A stretch of DNA of 63,229 nt, counting the filler, from Asterionella formosa (lineage: Eukaryota): the NCBI GenBank assembly GCA_002256025.1. It is 25 parts of 25 records of this genome, joined end to end, with 100 filler letters (N's around TTAATTAATTAA, not from the genome) between each part and the next. Parts side by side here need not be neighbours in the genome. Positions count along the whole stretch, not along the records: positions 48,906 to 50,013 come from NKIB01004317.1; positions 50,114 to 51,215 come from NKIB01004318.1; positions 51,316 to 52,417 come from NKIB01004319.1; positions 52,518 to 53,619 come from NKIB01004320.1; positions 53,720 to 54,821 come from NKIB01004321.1; positions 54,922 to 56,023 come from NKIB01004322.1; positions 56,124 to 57,224 come from NKIB01004323.1; positions 57,325 to 58,425 come from NKIB01004324.1; 17 more parts are not named here. One strand, 5' to 3'. The translations under genes were made by a program, and so were the position numbers. Under the pieces are notes generated by a model. The model saw only the letters and a program-made list of their open reading frames with translations. It did no database searches and had not been told where the DNA came from. Within the stretch, counting starts at the first letter, position 1; each line of letters starts with the position of its first letter. This document shows, in pieces, positions 49,248 through 62,128 of the stretch.

Positions 49248-52200
49248 TTCGTGCAACTTCGATAACAGACACTAGAAAAAATCAGGCAAGCCGTCGTGAA
49301 CAATGAAGCAAGAGCGAAGCCGTCGCTAACTTCTAGTTGAAACTGAAATCGAAATTTAATATCAGTTGTCACATGAAGGCCAAGGAAGCTTTTTATTAAT
49401 ACGGTCCACGAAAAAGAGCGTCAAAGATTGAAAAGCTATCGCGGCAAAAATCTTCGTATTCATCTTCCTGAAATTTCAAATCATCGTCGTACGGTCCCGT
49501 AGATTATTTTATTTATCATGTCAATCCGACGTAAATGTTCTGATATTTATTTTCTACATGAAGAATGGTAGTCTAGTTTGTGAATTTATTTTCATTGGTA
49601 TTGTACAAACCATTGACATTCAGCATTGTTGTCATCATTGTTGTTATTATTGTTTTTGTAATCATTGGCCTTCCCATCTGCCTGCCTCCTTTTCTCCTTT
49701 CCTACCAGCATCACAAGTGTGTTCCTTGTTAGTATGACACCTCAAGGACCAACTGAGTACATAACTGATGAGGAGTACCGGTATTCCTTTTGTGACTGAC
49801 TTCAATATTGGATTGGTGGTTCCATTCAAGTGCACACGATTCATAGCGTGTACAAATTGCCATTATATTTGCTGCTGGATACTAAATTCAACTCAGGTTT
49901 GAATCTAAAGAAAGAGAAGAAATTGCTCATCTTTATCTATGATATCAATTCTAACAGACTCCACAAGCCATCATCATACCCCACATCCTTTCTTTTCCAT
50001 TTTCATTGCTATANNNNNNNNNNNNNNNNNNNNNNNNNNNNNNNNNNNNNNNNNNNNTTAATTAATTAANNNNNNNNNNNNNNNNNNNNNNNNNNNNNNN
50101 NNNNNNNNNNNNNAAGCATCTAGAATGCAAGCAGAGAATAGCTCATATGGCCATCTAGAGTACCTCTTTCAACCGGGCCATGAAGGAGAACTTGATGCTT
50201 TGCTCAACGATCTACGTTAGGTCCAAGGAAACAATACTACATTACTTTTTTCAATTGAAAAAATATTTTAGCAAACAAGTAATCAAATGTTCGAGGTTAA
50301 CTTTTCATCTTTTGCAATGATGCATTTACCTCCTTAGGCAGCACGTAGTTTTACTTGAATTGCAGCTTGCTTGGTCAAGTTTCTTGCCATGTTTGGAATT
50401 TGAACATGATTTGCACTTGTTCTACATATTTTGGTCATTTGGAGAAAGCGCGCTCATTACTCATTCCAATATTATTTGCCCCACCGGGTATAATAGGAGA
50501 AGAGAATATCATGATTGGCCATCTCGAACACATTGTCCAACCTGGTCAGGACGCAGCACTTGAGGCTTTGTTGAACAATTAGATTGGCGTCGTAACATCC
50601 ATTTTGTCGTGATAGAACATGTTCTCTCGGTTTCACTTTGATGTTGACCTTGCTTGCTTGTGTGCGTGCATACTACTATAATGAGGTATTATTCGAATTG
50701 AGCATGGTAAATCAAAGTACATATATACTTATGACTAGTATTATTTTAGGGTGCGCCTTGGCCAAGCCACCTCCCTCATACGCAGAAGTATTGAATTATA
50801 TTTCAAAATTGGCGTCAAATTGTTGGGTTCTTTAGGTATCATTATGATCATACTTTACATGCAAAACCATTGCCGTAGTGACTGTGTTAGATACATGGAT
50901 TCAAATCATGACAAGTCACAAGTGAGTCGACTTACAGAACATTTGAAAAAAAAGCAAATTGATGGGCAAATGTTGGGTAATACTACTGGAACACGGAAAC
51001 ACATGGATTAAGTAGAGGTTTTTCAAGCAGTCTTTATTGCTTGCGTTCAGCAGCAAACAATCCAATGTTCATGTGTCCTTCTGTAGGATCTTGAACTCCC
51101 AACTCTTCCAACAATTCCACCACCCATGTGCTCTTGCGAGGGCCTTGGGCAGTCTTGACACGGTAATCTCCTCGCCGGCTCAAAAACACCAATGATTGGT
51201 AGCGTCCAACTCGCTNNNNNNNNNNNNNNNNNNNNNNNNNNNNNNNNNNNNNNNNNNNNTTAATTAATTAANNNNNNNNNNNNNNNNNNNNNNNNNNNNN
51301 NNNNNNNNNNNNNNNCCGCATTCAATGACATAGAGCGAAATTCTTTGAAAGTTTCTTAATTGACAATCAGAAACATTAGTAAAAAATATGGAAAGGAAAA
51401 TTACGATCAGGATAACTCATGAGTGTATCTGCAACTAACAATACTTTCATTGATGCAGTAACCATACAAATGGTCAAGTTCCATTTCAATCCTGTTTTAA
51501 GATTTGAAGACCAAAGTTTGAAGTCGGTTGGAGTTTATCGATATCCCAATGAGTCAGTTTCTTTAACAGACCATTTCATATAGAATGGTGCTGGAAGACT
51601 TCAGCCATAACAGCATATTTCCGTATCTGTATAGTTAGGAGCTTGAATGTTCCATGTGTAAACATAATCCTTGATAGGTGTATCAAAATGTAACAAACCA
51701 TTGTGCAAATGTTCTGTGCGTATCATTGTAGGAATGCATGACATGCAGAAAAACACTGATATATCCACCATACAGACAGGACATGGTATTTGTAAATTAT
51801 CCGTCATAAAATAATCAGCTGGACAAATAAGCAAACTCGCAGAAGGTACTACGACCAGGTACTTCTGTTGCAAGATACAAGCTGACGGATTAAATTTTGA
51901 GAGCATCATGCTGAGTACTGTCAAAGGAAGAAAAAAGGTGGGATCATACCTGCTATGCATGGTATATATTAATTATAAATGTTCGATTTACAACGAAATG
52001 TCCTGAAGTGCAATCCATTCATAAGTTAAAGATCAGGACCCACTGCGATCAAATCATATTCATCTTTTGTCATGCAAATACAACGCAGCCACCAATGCTT
52101 GGGTTGCTTATGACATAAGAATGAAATGCAATTAAGCTTTGCATTTTAAAATATCCCGTGTTACAATGGCGGTGATATCCAACCTGTAATTATCCTGTAA

Positions 52201-52535
52201 ATAACAAAAGTTATTCAGGTAATGATTGACGTAAGACATATTCAATGTGCTGTCGCTCATAAATATATAAATATATATATATGTATATTATTAAAATCAT
52301 AGCATTGTTGCTTTTGTCGCACATACTTCTGTTAAGGCGATATGTTCAGCATTCTGCTGGTTTTTTTTATTAGGCACATCGGCCACTAACTGACCAACAG
52401 GAGGGTTCATGAACACTNNNNNNNNNNNNNNNNNNNNNNNNNNNNNNNNNNNNNNNNNNNNTTAATTAATTAANNNNNNNNNNNNNNNNNNNNNNNNNNN
52501 NNNNNNNNNNNNNNNNNGCAGAGTATCTACGATGC

Positions 52536-52702
52536 CAGTATACTGCGAGCCTGCAAAAGTATTTTTTAGGCCTGCAGTTATATACCAGTATACTGCAGCC
52601 AATGGCTGAACAGTATGGTTTTTCGAAACCACCGAAACAGTATACTGGTATACTGATCCAGCAAATCCCGGGGAGTTCTTATTCAATACTGCAGTATACT
52701 GC
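52536..52702. repeat. Cluster of palindromic CAGTATACTG motifs
   Basis: cagtatactg near 52536, 52585, 52638 (with overlapping ggtatactg) and 52691. Confidence 0.7.
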
Positions 52703-53719
52703 CAACCCAGTAAGTAATCACCGACCTATGGTACCTGGTATGCAATGGCTTAGTAATAGTATTTTATTATGAAAGCGCAAAAGAAGGTCTGGTTCACCTA
52801 TGATTTCTAGAATACTTAAAAAACATTGTAGGACACAAGAGGTATACATGGGTTCATACAGGCAGATCAATCAATTCTTTTAACATGCAGGAGGGGCTGT
52901 TAGCCGGAGAAGCAATTAGTATCGGAGCTTGCGCTTCATCGCTTTTCATGAGGGGCATACCGGTACCAGGTACTGGTACCAGGAAGCAACCTACATTTAC
53001 TTTGGTTGCAACTACAAGGTACTAGCCAGGTACCGGTATATACGTATATGGATGTATCGTCTGTTCAGGAATTGCCTGAGGGACTACCTAAAGATATTCA
53101 TACAGATATATGCATACATCATACATGATTCACCATATTACCGGAACGGTGGAAGGCACTATGATTGACGATGACATGGAAGTGTGAAATCATGTCAGCA
53201 TTGCACTCGACTTTCCGGCACAATATATCAAAATTGTTGTTTGGTCATTCCTCATCTGCCTTGATTGCTGGCTTGTGTACCCTGACACGCCCTTCACCCC
53301 CTCGGTTACTCTTAGGCATCATCGGAGCGCACCTTCCAAAATGACAAAATCCGTCGTCCAGAAGAACGAGCCGTGGATCCACAGAACCTTTCAGAAGGAC
53401 AAGCTACGAGTGCGGGAACGCTACTGGCATTTCTCAAATACTGATACTATTACGCTGTCGAAAAATGATGTGACTGCTATCCTTGGTTTTGGTTCCACAT
53501 GCATTGTTCCAGACGGCCTAGTCTGGCGAAAATACCTCAAATTACTCATTCTCATCACAGAACGATGCAAGCGCAATGCATCATGTAGCTTTGTCCTATT
53601 GGAGAGCGCGGCAGAATGCNNNNNNNNNNNNNNNNNNNNNNNNNNNNNNNNNNNNNNNNNNNNTTAATTAATTAANNNNNNNNNNNNNNNNNNNNNNNNN
53701 NNNNNNNNNNNNNNNNNNN

Positions 53720-54821
53720 AATTTAACATTTTTAGTTGGATTATACGATGAGTCCAACTTCTTCATTTCTCGTTCCAACTTTGCCTGTTGCTTCAAAACA
53801 TTTCTCTTTTCTAGGTCAGAAATTTCATCACTCCTTGAGGTAGATTTTCCTTTTTCAGTGTCTGCGGTTAAGTTATCCTTGTCGTCATCATCTTCCTTGT
53901 TGTCTGAACCTTCTGGTAGTAAATCTTCATTGTAGAAATCATCATCTAATCCATCATTATTGACTTCAGCTTCTGGTTGAACTGTTACTTTCTCTTTAGC
54001 ATTGTCCTTGTAGATTTTTCCTAGTCCGTCCGTAGGTGCGTTTGTTCCATGCCACTCACTCCACTTAACATCGCGTGTATTGATTACAGTGTTAGTCTCA
54101 TGATTATACATACGATACGTATCTTGGGAGTGGTCCTCCGAATAACCCAAAAAGATACACTTGAAAGAACGTGCGTCTAATTTCTTAATGTTGTGTCTTG
54201 CAGTAACCCATCCTACGCGCCCAAATTGCTTGTATAACTTGTAGGGCCTTCTTGGATTCATTTCGCCGTAGAACATGTCGTCGGGACTTCTTTTAGTTAC
54301 TGAGTTAACTGTACTATTTGTTAAACGTGTAGCTGTATGTACCGCCTCTGCCCATAATAGCCCTTGGTACTCATCTGTTAGTTTCGCACTTAGCATCATT
54401 GCTAGTGCCCTCTGTTGCACAATGACAAAACCGCGTTCCGCTACACCATTGTGTTGTGGAGTGTGCGGGGCAGTAAATTCCATTTTTATACCGCGATTTT
54501 CACATACCTTTCTCAATTGTTTAGTATTCTCGCCTGCGTCATCGCAACGGACATACTTTGTCTTGTGACCGGCTCCGGCTAAACTTGATAGTAAAATTTC
54601 AATGACTGTTCCGATATCGCTCTTCTTTTTAATGAAATAGCTCCAGCGCTTTCTTGTGTAGTCGTCCACTGCCATGACCCAGTACTGATTGCCAACAGCG
54701 GATTTCGCGTAGGGTCCGCTGATGTCCACAAACAGTCTCTCTCCAGGTACCGTCGATTTTTCTTGCGTTGTTTTTGGGACGGCTCGTGCTTTCGCTTTCG
54801 CTGCCGCACAGCCTGCGCACA
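53720..54821 (-). mobile_element. Ty1/copia pol fragment: integrase core + SH3-like region, frame intact
   Basis: CAGC..KA, ERLFVDISGP, VDDYTR, VRCDDAGEN, TAPHTPQHNGVAER, LWAEA, KLDARSFKCIFLGY, TRDVKW. Confidence 0.93.
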
Positions 54822-54921
54822 NNNNNNNNNNNNNNNNNNNNNNNNNNNNNNNNNNNNNNNNNNNNTTAATTAATTAANNNNNNNNNNNNNNNNNNNNNNN
54901 NNNNNNNNNNNNNNNNNNNNN

Positions 54922-55359
54922 TAGCATATATATTTGTTTAACCTTGAGGTATTAATGTGATCAAAGTAAAGATAAAATGGGAGCAAACTAACAGAATTAA
55001 TGGTAGTCAGAGTGAAGAATATTTGTGAACGGAAATGTTGCGAATTGTCGAGAAAAGTACCGTATTATAGAGATTATTACTGAACAAATTTTTCTTCGTG
55101 TCGCAAGAAAATATTGTCAGTTGGCCCCAAAAATTATGTGGGTTTCTAAAATAATTATGGAAGTTGTCGAAACTATTTTAGTTCACTCAGTCCATATATA
55201 TATTGTATCATGCATCATATTTTTTTGTGATGTCATACCCTTAAATTATGTACGTAGCTAAATTCGTCATATTGGGCCACCCAAATAATTAATTTGGGTG
55301 ATCATATTTGACTAGCGTTTTTTTTGTGGCGGCTGTACCAGTAATCGGCGTTGTAGATG
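54922..55359 (-). mobile_element. Family B element end, minus-strand copy
   Basis: Reverse complement of 56258-56650 with one internal indel; ends ...cggcgttgtagatg. Confidence 0.87.
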
Positions 55360-55360
55360 T

Positions 55361-55555
55361 AGTCATACAAAACGACCATAATCATCAACTTTAAAAACTT
55401 CATATCTCTTGAATTATGAAGCTTCATTAATAATTAAACAGACCTATTGAAAGCGGAGAGCCTGTTCTACATTTAGCTACGTACTTGATTTGTTGTCACC
55501 ATGAAATTTGACTAAAATAGTTTGAGTCGAAACATGGGGTAAACTTTATATGACT
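55361..55555. mobile_element. Possible ~195-bp MITE abutting the family B end
   Basis: agtcatacaaaa at left vs reverse complement agtcatataaag at right. Confidence 0.35.
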
Positions 55556-56257
55556 CTCAGTTTTTAGGTGGTACCTGGAACCAGGTACCGTTTCTTTTGT
55601 TTGCACCCATGTATGGCTGGGTGCACCAGCAGAGTACTGGTACATCGGTAAAAGGTTTTCCCTCAAGTCTAGGAGAGTGAGCGATCCTGTACATCGATAC
55701 AGATGTATATAGGGTTAGGGTTATATCAATATATCAGAACTCAACTAACACCTATTGTATACTTTGATGTCAACTTGGGAAACAAGTTGTACATGAGATT
55801 AATTAGCTCACCATGAATTCAACAAATACTCATACTTCTAGTTGGATACTTCACCCCCCTGGTACCTGGAACGCGGTATGATGTTAGAATTTCTTCTTAT
55901 TAGACTATTTCAACAGGTATACCGGTATGTCGATAGTCTACTGGTATACGACTTAAAAACTCATATTTACACATTTTTACCTTGTTACCAGATACCCTAC
56001 CCTGGCTGTAGCTAGCTCAGTAGNNNNNNNNNNNNNNNNNNNNNNNNNNNNNNNNNNNNNNNNNNNNTTAATTAATTAANNNNNNNNNNNNNNNNNNNNN
56101 NNNNNNNNNNNNNNNNNNNNNNNTCACATACTACATCTACAATTGAGATTCAGCATAGAAGGAGAAACGAAAATTTAAGAGACTGCTGTCCACATAGTTA
56201 TAGTTATAGAAAGAATCTGATAAACGATTTTTTTCATATCGCTCGTTTCCGCATTTG

Positions 56258-57224
56258 CATCTACAACGCCGATTATTGGTACAGCCGTCACAAAAAAAAC
56301 GCTAGTCAAATATGATCACCCAAATTAATTATTTGGGTGGCCCAATATGACGAATTTAGCTACGTACATAATTTAAGGGTATGACATCACAAAAAAATAT
56401 GATGCATCATACAATATATATGGACGGAGTGAGCTAAAATAGTTTCGACAACTGACAATATTTTCTTGCGAAACGAAGAAAAATTTGTTCAGTAATAATC
56501 TCTATAATACGGTACTTTTCTCTACAATTCACAACATTTCCGGTCACAAATATTCTTCACTCTGACTACCATTAATTCTGTTAGTTTGCTCCCATTTTAT
56601 CTTTACTTTGATCACATTAATACCTCAAGGTTAAACAAATATATATGCTAGTCAAACAAATAATTATGTGTAACCAATTCACTTTTTCAATTTCATTCTA
56701 CAATCGCAAAATCAATCAAATTAATCGCTTCGCTATATAGTTTATATTGATACTTTCTATAGAACGTGATTCTCAAACCAATACAACAAGCAATGAATGT
56801 TCATTCTTGCCGCTGGATGCTGTAACTAATCGCAAGATTGCTTGGCTACTCATAGTACTTGCAGGAATCCATGTTACTACTACCGGTAGATCAATTCATA
56901 GCAAATGAGCCGGCTGCTCATTTTCATTGCTCGGATTGATTGTCTTTTGTAGAAAGAGGGAAACATTTGCAGAGTGAGTTGATGAGAAAAAAAGTTACGA
57001 AGCCATGATTTCGGTTCTGCTGTGCTCCTTACCATGTTCCCCAATGGCCAACCCAGCCCTGATCATATGATTGTCTGCAATCAGTGAACAACAATCGTAG
57101 AGTGAGTTCATGAACAAACAATCGTTACAAAGGCATCATTTTCGTTGTGCTTAGCTACCATGCCGCAGCCTGATTCCCAACAAATCTCTCGCTCAACAGA
57201 TTGATTGTCTGTAGACAAAGGACA
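56258..57224 (+). mobile_element. Family B element, longest copy (inner boundary unknown)
   Basis: CATCTACAACGCCGATTATTGG start; homology to other copies visible to 56650; degenerate ~130-bp repeats at 56930-57224. Confidence 0.75.
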
Positions 57225-57571
57225 NNNNNNNNNNNNNNNNNNNNNNNNNNNNNNNNNNNNNNNNNNNNTTAATTAATTAANNNNNNNNNNNNNNNNNNNN
57301 NNNNNNNNNNNNNNNNNNNNNNNNCCACTCTACACTCAATTACACCTTGACAGGCGATTGACAAGGTGTTCCCACAACCACCATCATCCCCGCTTGACAG
57401 CACTAGAAGTCAATACATATGTTATATTGATATCAGGAGGGTTAGAATTTTCTAAATCCAGGCTGTGCACGTCAGCAACTGCCACACAAGCTGCCCTATC
57501 TCCAATAGATTAGCTTTAAGGCGCTGAGAAAGTGAAGTTACTATATATTAATATTTGTGGTGTCAATATCA

Positions 57572-57822
57572 TCCAATACAAGGTATCCCTGTATTGAGCT
57601 TTGTCATGTTCATTTCCCAATACAATTGGGCGACATTTGCAATTCAAAATCGCCCCTGTATCGTATTTGGATGTACTACGTCATGTCCCAATACAAGGGC
57701 ATAAGTTCCAATACAAGGAAGAAGGTTGCCCCTGTATTGGATTCTGGCAGTGCTACATCATGTCCCAATACAAGGTGACAATATTGACAATATTTTGCAA
57801 ATCAAGGTCAACCCTGTATTGG
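57572..57822. repeat. Interleaved direct and inverted CCAATACAAGG / CCCTGTATTG motifs
   Basis: About 5 forward ccaataca(a) and 3-4 reverse ccctgtat(tg) motifs in 250 bp. Confidence 0.7.
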
Positions 57823-58701
57823 TCTGTTATGCTTGTAAAGTGTACATACAATATGATCATACAGTAATGTATACTCTCAAAATTTTGGCTGCGTCTGAAA
57901 TGCATTTTGATCAAAACATATAAAACTGTCATTTTTGTTTCATTTGATGATACCACAGTAATGTATACTTTCAAATTTTTCAATATGTCTAGTTGGCATA
58001 TATCTTGTTGCTCAAGTTATTCTGCAGTGATGAGTGGCTGTGTATAGCATACATACCGGCACATCACTGAGCCAACGTTATTTATTGACATCACAAAAAT
58101 AATACCTCCAAGTTATGTCTACCATAAATTTTACTACAATGATGTGCTGCAACCATTTTCTCACTGTTCTACTCATCCCTGGCTGAACAAGAAATGCGCA
58201 CAATCATAGAAACAACGGTTCCGTGTTTAAGGAATTGAAATTGTTTCACGCCATAGCATGCAGGTCCTGCCACTTTCTTCGACTTAACAAAACATCAGCT
58301 GCGCATTATTTCTCACCTATCATCGTGATACAGTTCATTTCAGGAGTGCTTCAGAAACACCATCTCCGTCCAAATCAAGGGTGACCTTGTACGGGCGTGT
58401 GAAAAACAGGGTATCCCTTGAATTGNNNNNNNNNNNNNNNNNNNNNNNNNNNNNNNNNNNNNNNNNNNNTTAATTAATTAANNNNNNNNNNNNNNNNNNN
58501 NNNNNNNNNNNNNNNNNNNNNNNNNTAAGATTTTCCAAGATTGCTCCTGCTCTCTTTTGACAAGACAGAGACGAGCAGAACTTATAAATCCCACTCTTTC
58601 TCGCTCTGACCAGACAATCCTGACTGGACAACAAATATACCCTGAAGTTCCATTACGATAATAAACCCATAAATCACTGTCGCATTCATCTTCCATCCAC
58701 C

Positions 58702-59626
58702 ATGGGAACCTGCAATCATCCACCACAAAACACAAACGCCGTTCCGGCAAGTTCCAAGCAGCGACGATCCACCAAGGTGGGATTGGACACTCAATACGCG
58801 GTTGATCATACTGGAACGCCTTCGAAACGTCGACTGCTCTCGGTGGTCTTTGGAGCCTTGCACAAGAGCAAGACCAATATGGAATTGACCATAGTCGAGC
58901 TCAACAACCGAGCCGTGTCCTTGTACTCGCAAGGCGATTTCCGCTTGGCATTCAATCTATTCCAGGAAGCCACGGCACTGCGTCACAAGCTACAGCAAGA
59001 GAATGTCGTTGAACCTCACTGTCGCATCGGTCAGAGTCCTCCTGCAACAACTTGTTCTGCAACAACCTGTCCTCCAACGTCCAGTTACATTTATCAACGA
59101 ATGGACTTTGATGAAGGGATGCATGCCTTTCACGAAGCGGAACCACTGCAAGTGGACGATTCTCCACAAGCGTTGGCGGCCATTTTGTTGTTCAACGCCG
59201 GCCAAGCAAAACGTCGAATGGACGACTTTGATGGGGCCATGCGTTGTTATGAACAAGCAGCCCTTTGCCGGACTGCCGATGGGCCCTTGCATCGCATCGT
59301 TGTCGCACTTTATCATAACCTTGGACAACTTGCCTATCGTTCGGGTGACTTGGATCAAGCCATTTCCTACTACAGTGGAGCCTTGACTAATGCACGGAGT
59401 CTGTATGGGAACGAGCACTTGACTGTCGGAGTGACTCTGAACTGTTTGGGAGTCTTGCATTATCACAAGTCGGCCGGACAGTCGGATCATGCACTCAATC
59501 TCTTTCAAGAAGCACTGACGATTCTATCCGCGTCACTAGGTTCCGAACACGAGAAGGTGGCAACAACACTCAATAATCTCGGACGGGTCTATGTCCAGCG
59601 AGATGAATTTGACGATGCACTTGTGT
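58702..59626 (+). CDS. TPR-repeat protein (kinesin light chain / nephrocystin-3-like repeats), 5' part
   Basis: YHNLGQLAYRSGDLDQAISYY, VGVTLNCLGVLHY, LGSEHEKVATTLNNLGRVY. Confidence 0.85.
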
Positions 59627-60927
59627 NNNNNNNNNNNNNNNNNNNNNNNNNNNNNNNNNNNNNNNNNNNNTTAATTAATTAANNNNNNNNNNNNNNNNNN
59701 NNNNNNNNNNNNNNNNNNNNNNNNNNTTTGTAAGGTGGCTAAAAATGTTACAAGGGTTGTGCAGGATAAAGTAAGAAAGGTGGAGTATTTTGCTTGGCAA
59801 AGCGTTGTGTGGGATATGGTGACTAACCTACTTTGAGCTGCATTCATTTCACTGCCACATTGCAAATTGACAAAATGTTTGAGGTATATATTCGAGATAG
59901 AACAGTGCCACTGATTAGATTGCCAATCAATTGATATCTGCTGATCATCACACTGGTGGTCATACACAGCTAGTATGTATTTAGGTTATTATTACACAGA
60001 TGCATGATTTCATATTACTGTAGTTACATTATTTTTTTCACTATTTTTCAATTTGTAGCTACACATTGATTGTTTTCAATTCATTTCGGTTATGTGTTTA
60101 TTATACATAGACATACCTACCAGTAATAGACTAGGTCCTCTATTTACTGTGTAATATAGTGCAAAAATATATGTACTCGTGGTGACTCCATATTAAGTAC
60201 TCTAATATATACAAGGGTCAATTCCCCGCACACACGTACCGGTACCCTGTTACGGTACCCTGGTACCCGGTTACCAGGCACTCCCTCTGTCTAGTTACAG
60301 TTGCATCGATAATTCAAATTTTTCCGAGGCCATTTTCACTACTACGATTTTCTCCGGATCAATTGCCCTATTGTGCGACTTGCTCTAAGCTACATAATAA
60401 TGTATACATTACCGGCATATATATAAATATTAAAATTGGCAACTACGTTTCAAAAAAACGTTTTTCGGCTTTTTCGACTTCCACTTTTGCTCATCTCGAG
60501 CAAAATGCAGATGCATGATGACCCATTTTTCTTCGAACCATCTATTCTCAACATACGTACAAAGTACGATATAACAGTAGGACAACTGCAACTTGCGTTC
60601 AATTATGGAATGTGCAACCCGAAAGTGGCGATGATTGGAAGGAAGAAAACGACGCGGTATGCTCGTTTTGAGGATTGTAACCGTCAAACATCCGCTGGAA
60701 TGGTCCATGTAGGTGCAACAACCGTAGAAAGTATACCGAAAGACAATTATTCTATTGATGTTATAATTATGATAATGGCTTGCTGTATTTGGTTTCCGAC
60801 AAATATTTGACTGGCCGGCCGATGTGANNNNNNNNNNNNNNNNNNNNNNNNNNNNNNNNNNNNNNNNNNNNTTAATTAATTAANNNNNNNNNNNNNNNNN
60901 NNNNNNNNNNNNNNNNNNNNNNNNNNN

Positions 60928-61470
60928 TCGCCTATACTCAGGAATGTCACTGTCATGGAGATCCTCCATAGTCATCTGGTAGAATGCTTTATAGTTGTTG
61001 TTTGCCTTTAACATCTCTTGGTGTTCTTTGGGAACTGTCAGGTAATGACGTTCCTTACGTTTTGTCATGGCTTCCATAACCAGAATAGCCATCCCTTGGC
61101 GCTTACAATTCATAAAATCCTTGTCCAACGATGATTTCCAGTTAACTTGCACCTGGTTCAAAGTAGTTGGTGTTTTAGTCGAACTTTGTGAGCGATTCGA
61201 TAAGCTTTTAATAGAACTTCCTGACATTCCATTAAGTTCATTTTCTGATGGTGTCACATTTCCTTCCCTTGTTGGTAGCGAGGCCACATTGGGTGGCCGT
61301 GGGAAAGAACCATCAACACGAATTGGATTTCTTAAGGGAATGCTGCTTCTTTCAGTTGCTGGTGAAGTGCCCGAAAGATCGCTAATTGAAGAGGCTGTGG
61401 GAGGGATACTAGCGGTACTTGGAGTTTTTGCCTTCCCCAGGTCGTTTCGTACCCTAATCACTGGTGGCAT
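60928..61470 (-). CDS. Hypothetical ORF, Ser/Pro-rich N-terminus, truncated; possibly transposon-associated
   Basis: Open ~180-aa frame directly downstream of the ORF at 61558-62028. Confidence 0.4.
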
Positions 61471-61557
61471 ATATGCAAGAACTTACCAACATTACAATTG
61501 TGATGACGTTAGTGTTAGATAGTAAATGAGAATAATACTAATATTGATAATAACAAT

Positions 61558-62028
61558 TCATTTCTTACCTCCCATTTTGGTCACATTTGTATCCTTCTTT
61601 TGCATATTCATGAACATAGACTCCAAAGCAATGCTGTTTGCAGACTCACGTAGGTGCTCGACTTGATCATAAATTGTATTGAACCTTGCATAACCCTTTG
61701 TTTCCCACCCTCCATACCGTTTGCCAACTCCTCCATGGTTTGTATAGAGGCATTTCACCAAAACACCTGAACCACCATCACTGCCAGCAATTTCATTACC
61801 AGTATCCCCAGTTGTATAGTTCTGGGTCCATACATCCCAACTATTTTCTAAGACAAGCAAGGCATATGCTTCATCCGATACAGTCATGATGGAGGCCATA
61901 TTTTTTTTGTGTTTTTGGCTAGCATAATCACCATACTTCACTACCCGAGAAAAAATGTAATTCACTAGAATAATGAAGGGATGCTCTTCAACTTTACCAA
62001 CATCTGGTGGTTCTGTCCTGGACTGAAC
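61558..62028 (-). CDS. Hypothetical protein C-terminus, probably a transposon accessory ORF
   Basis: TVSDEAYALLVLENSWDVW ... YT ... YGGWETKGYARFN; I recall this motif set from multicopy TE-associated ORFs (unverified). Confidence 0.5.
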   Translation of the reverse strand, partial: VQSRTEPPDVGKVEEHPFIILVNYIFSRVVKYGDYASQKHKKNMASIMTVSDEAYALLVLENSWDVWTQNYTTGDTGNEIAGSDGGSGVLVKCLYTNHGGVGKRYGGWETKGYARFNTIYDQVEHLRESANSIALESMFMNMQKKDTNVTKMGGKK

Positions 62029-62128
62029 NNNNNNNNNNNNNNNNNNNNNNNNNNNNNNNNNNNNNNNNNNNNTTAATTAATTAANNNNNNNNNNNNNNNN
62101 NNNNNNNNNNNNNNNNNNNNNNNNNNNN

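Noticed and set aside
50114..50582. Two similar peptide patches (LEYLFQPGHEGELDALLN / LEHIVQPGQDAALEALLN)
   Set aside because: Short and not assignable; no consistent gene model could be built
55709..55723. Telomeric repeat (tagggttagggtta)
   Set aside because: Only about 2 units, internal to a contig
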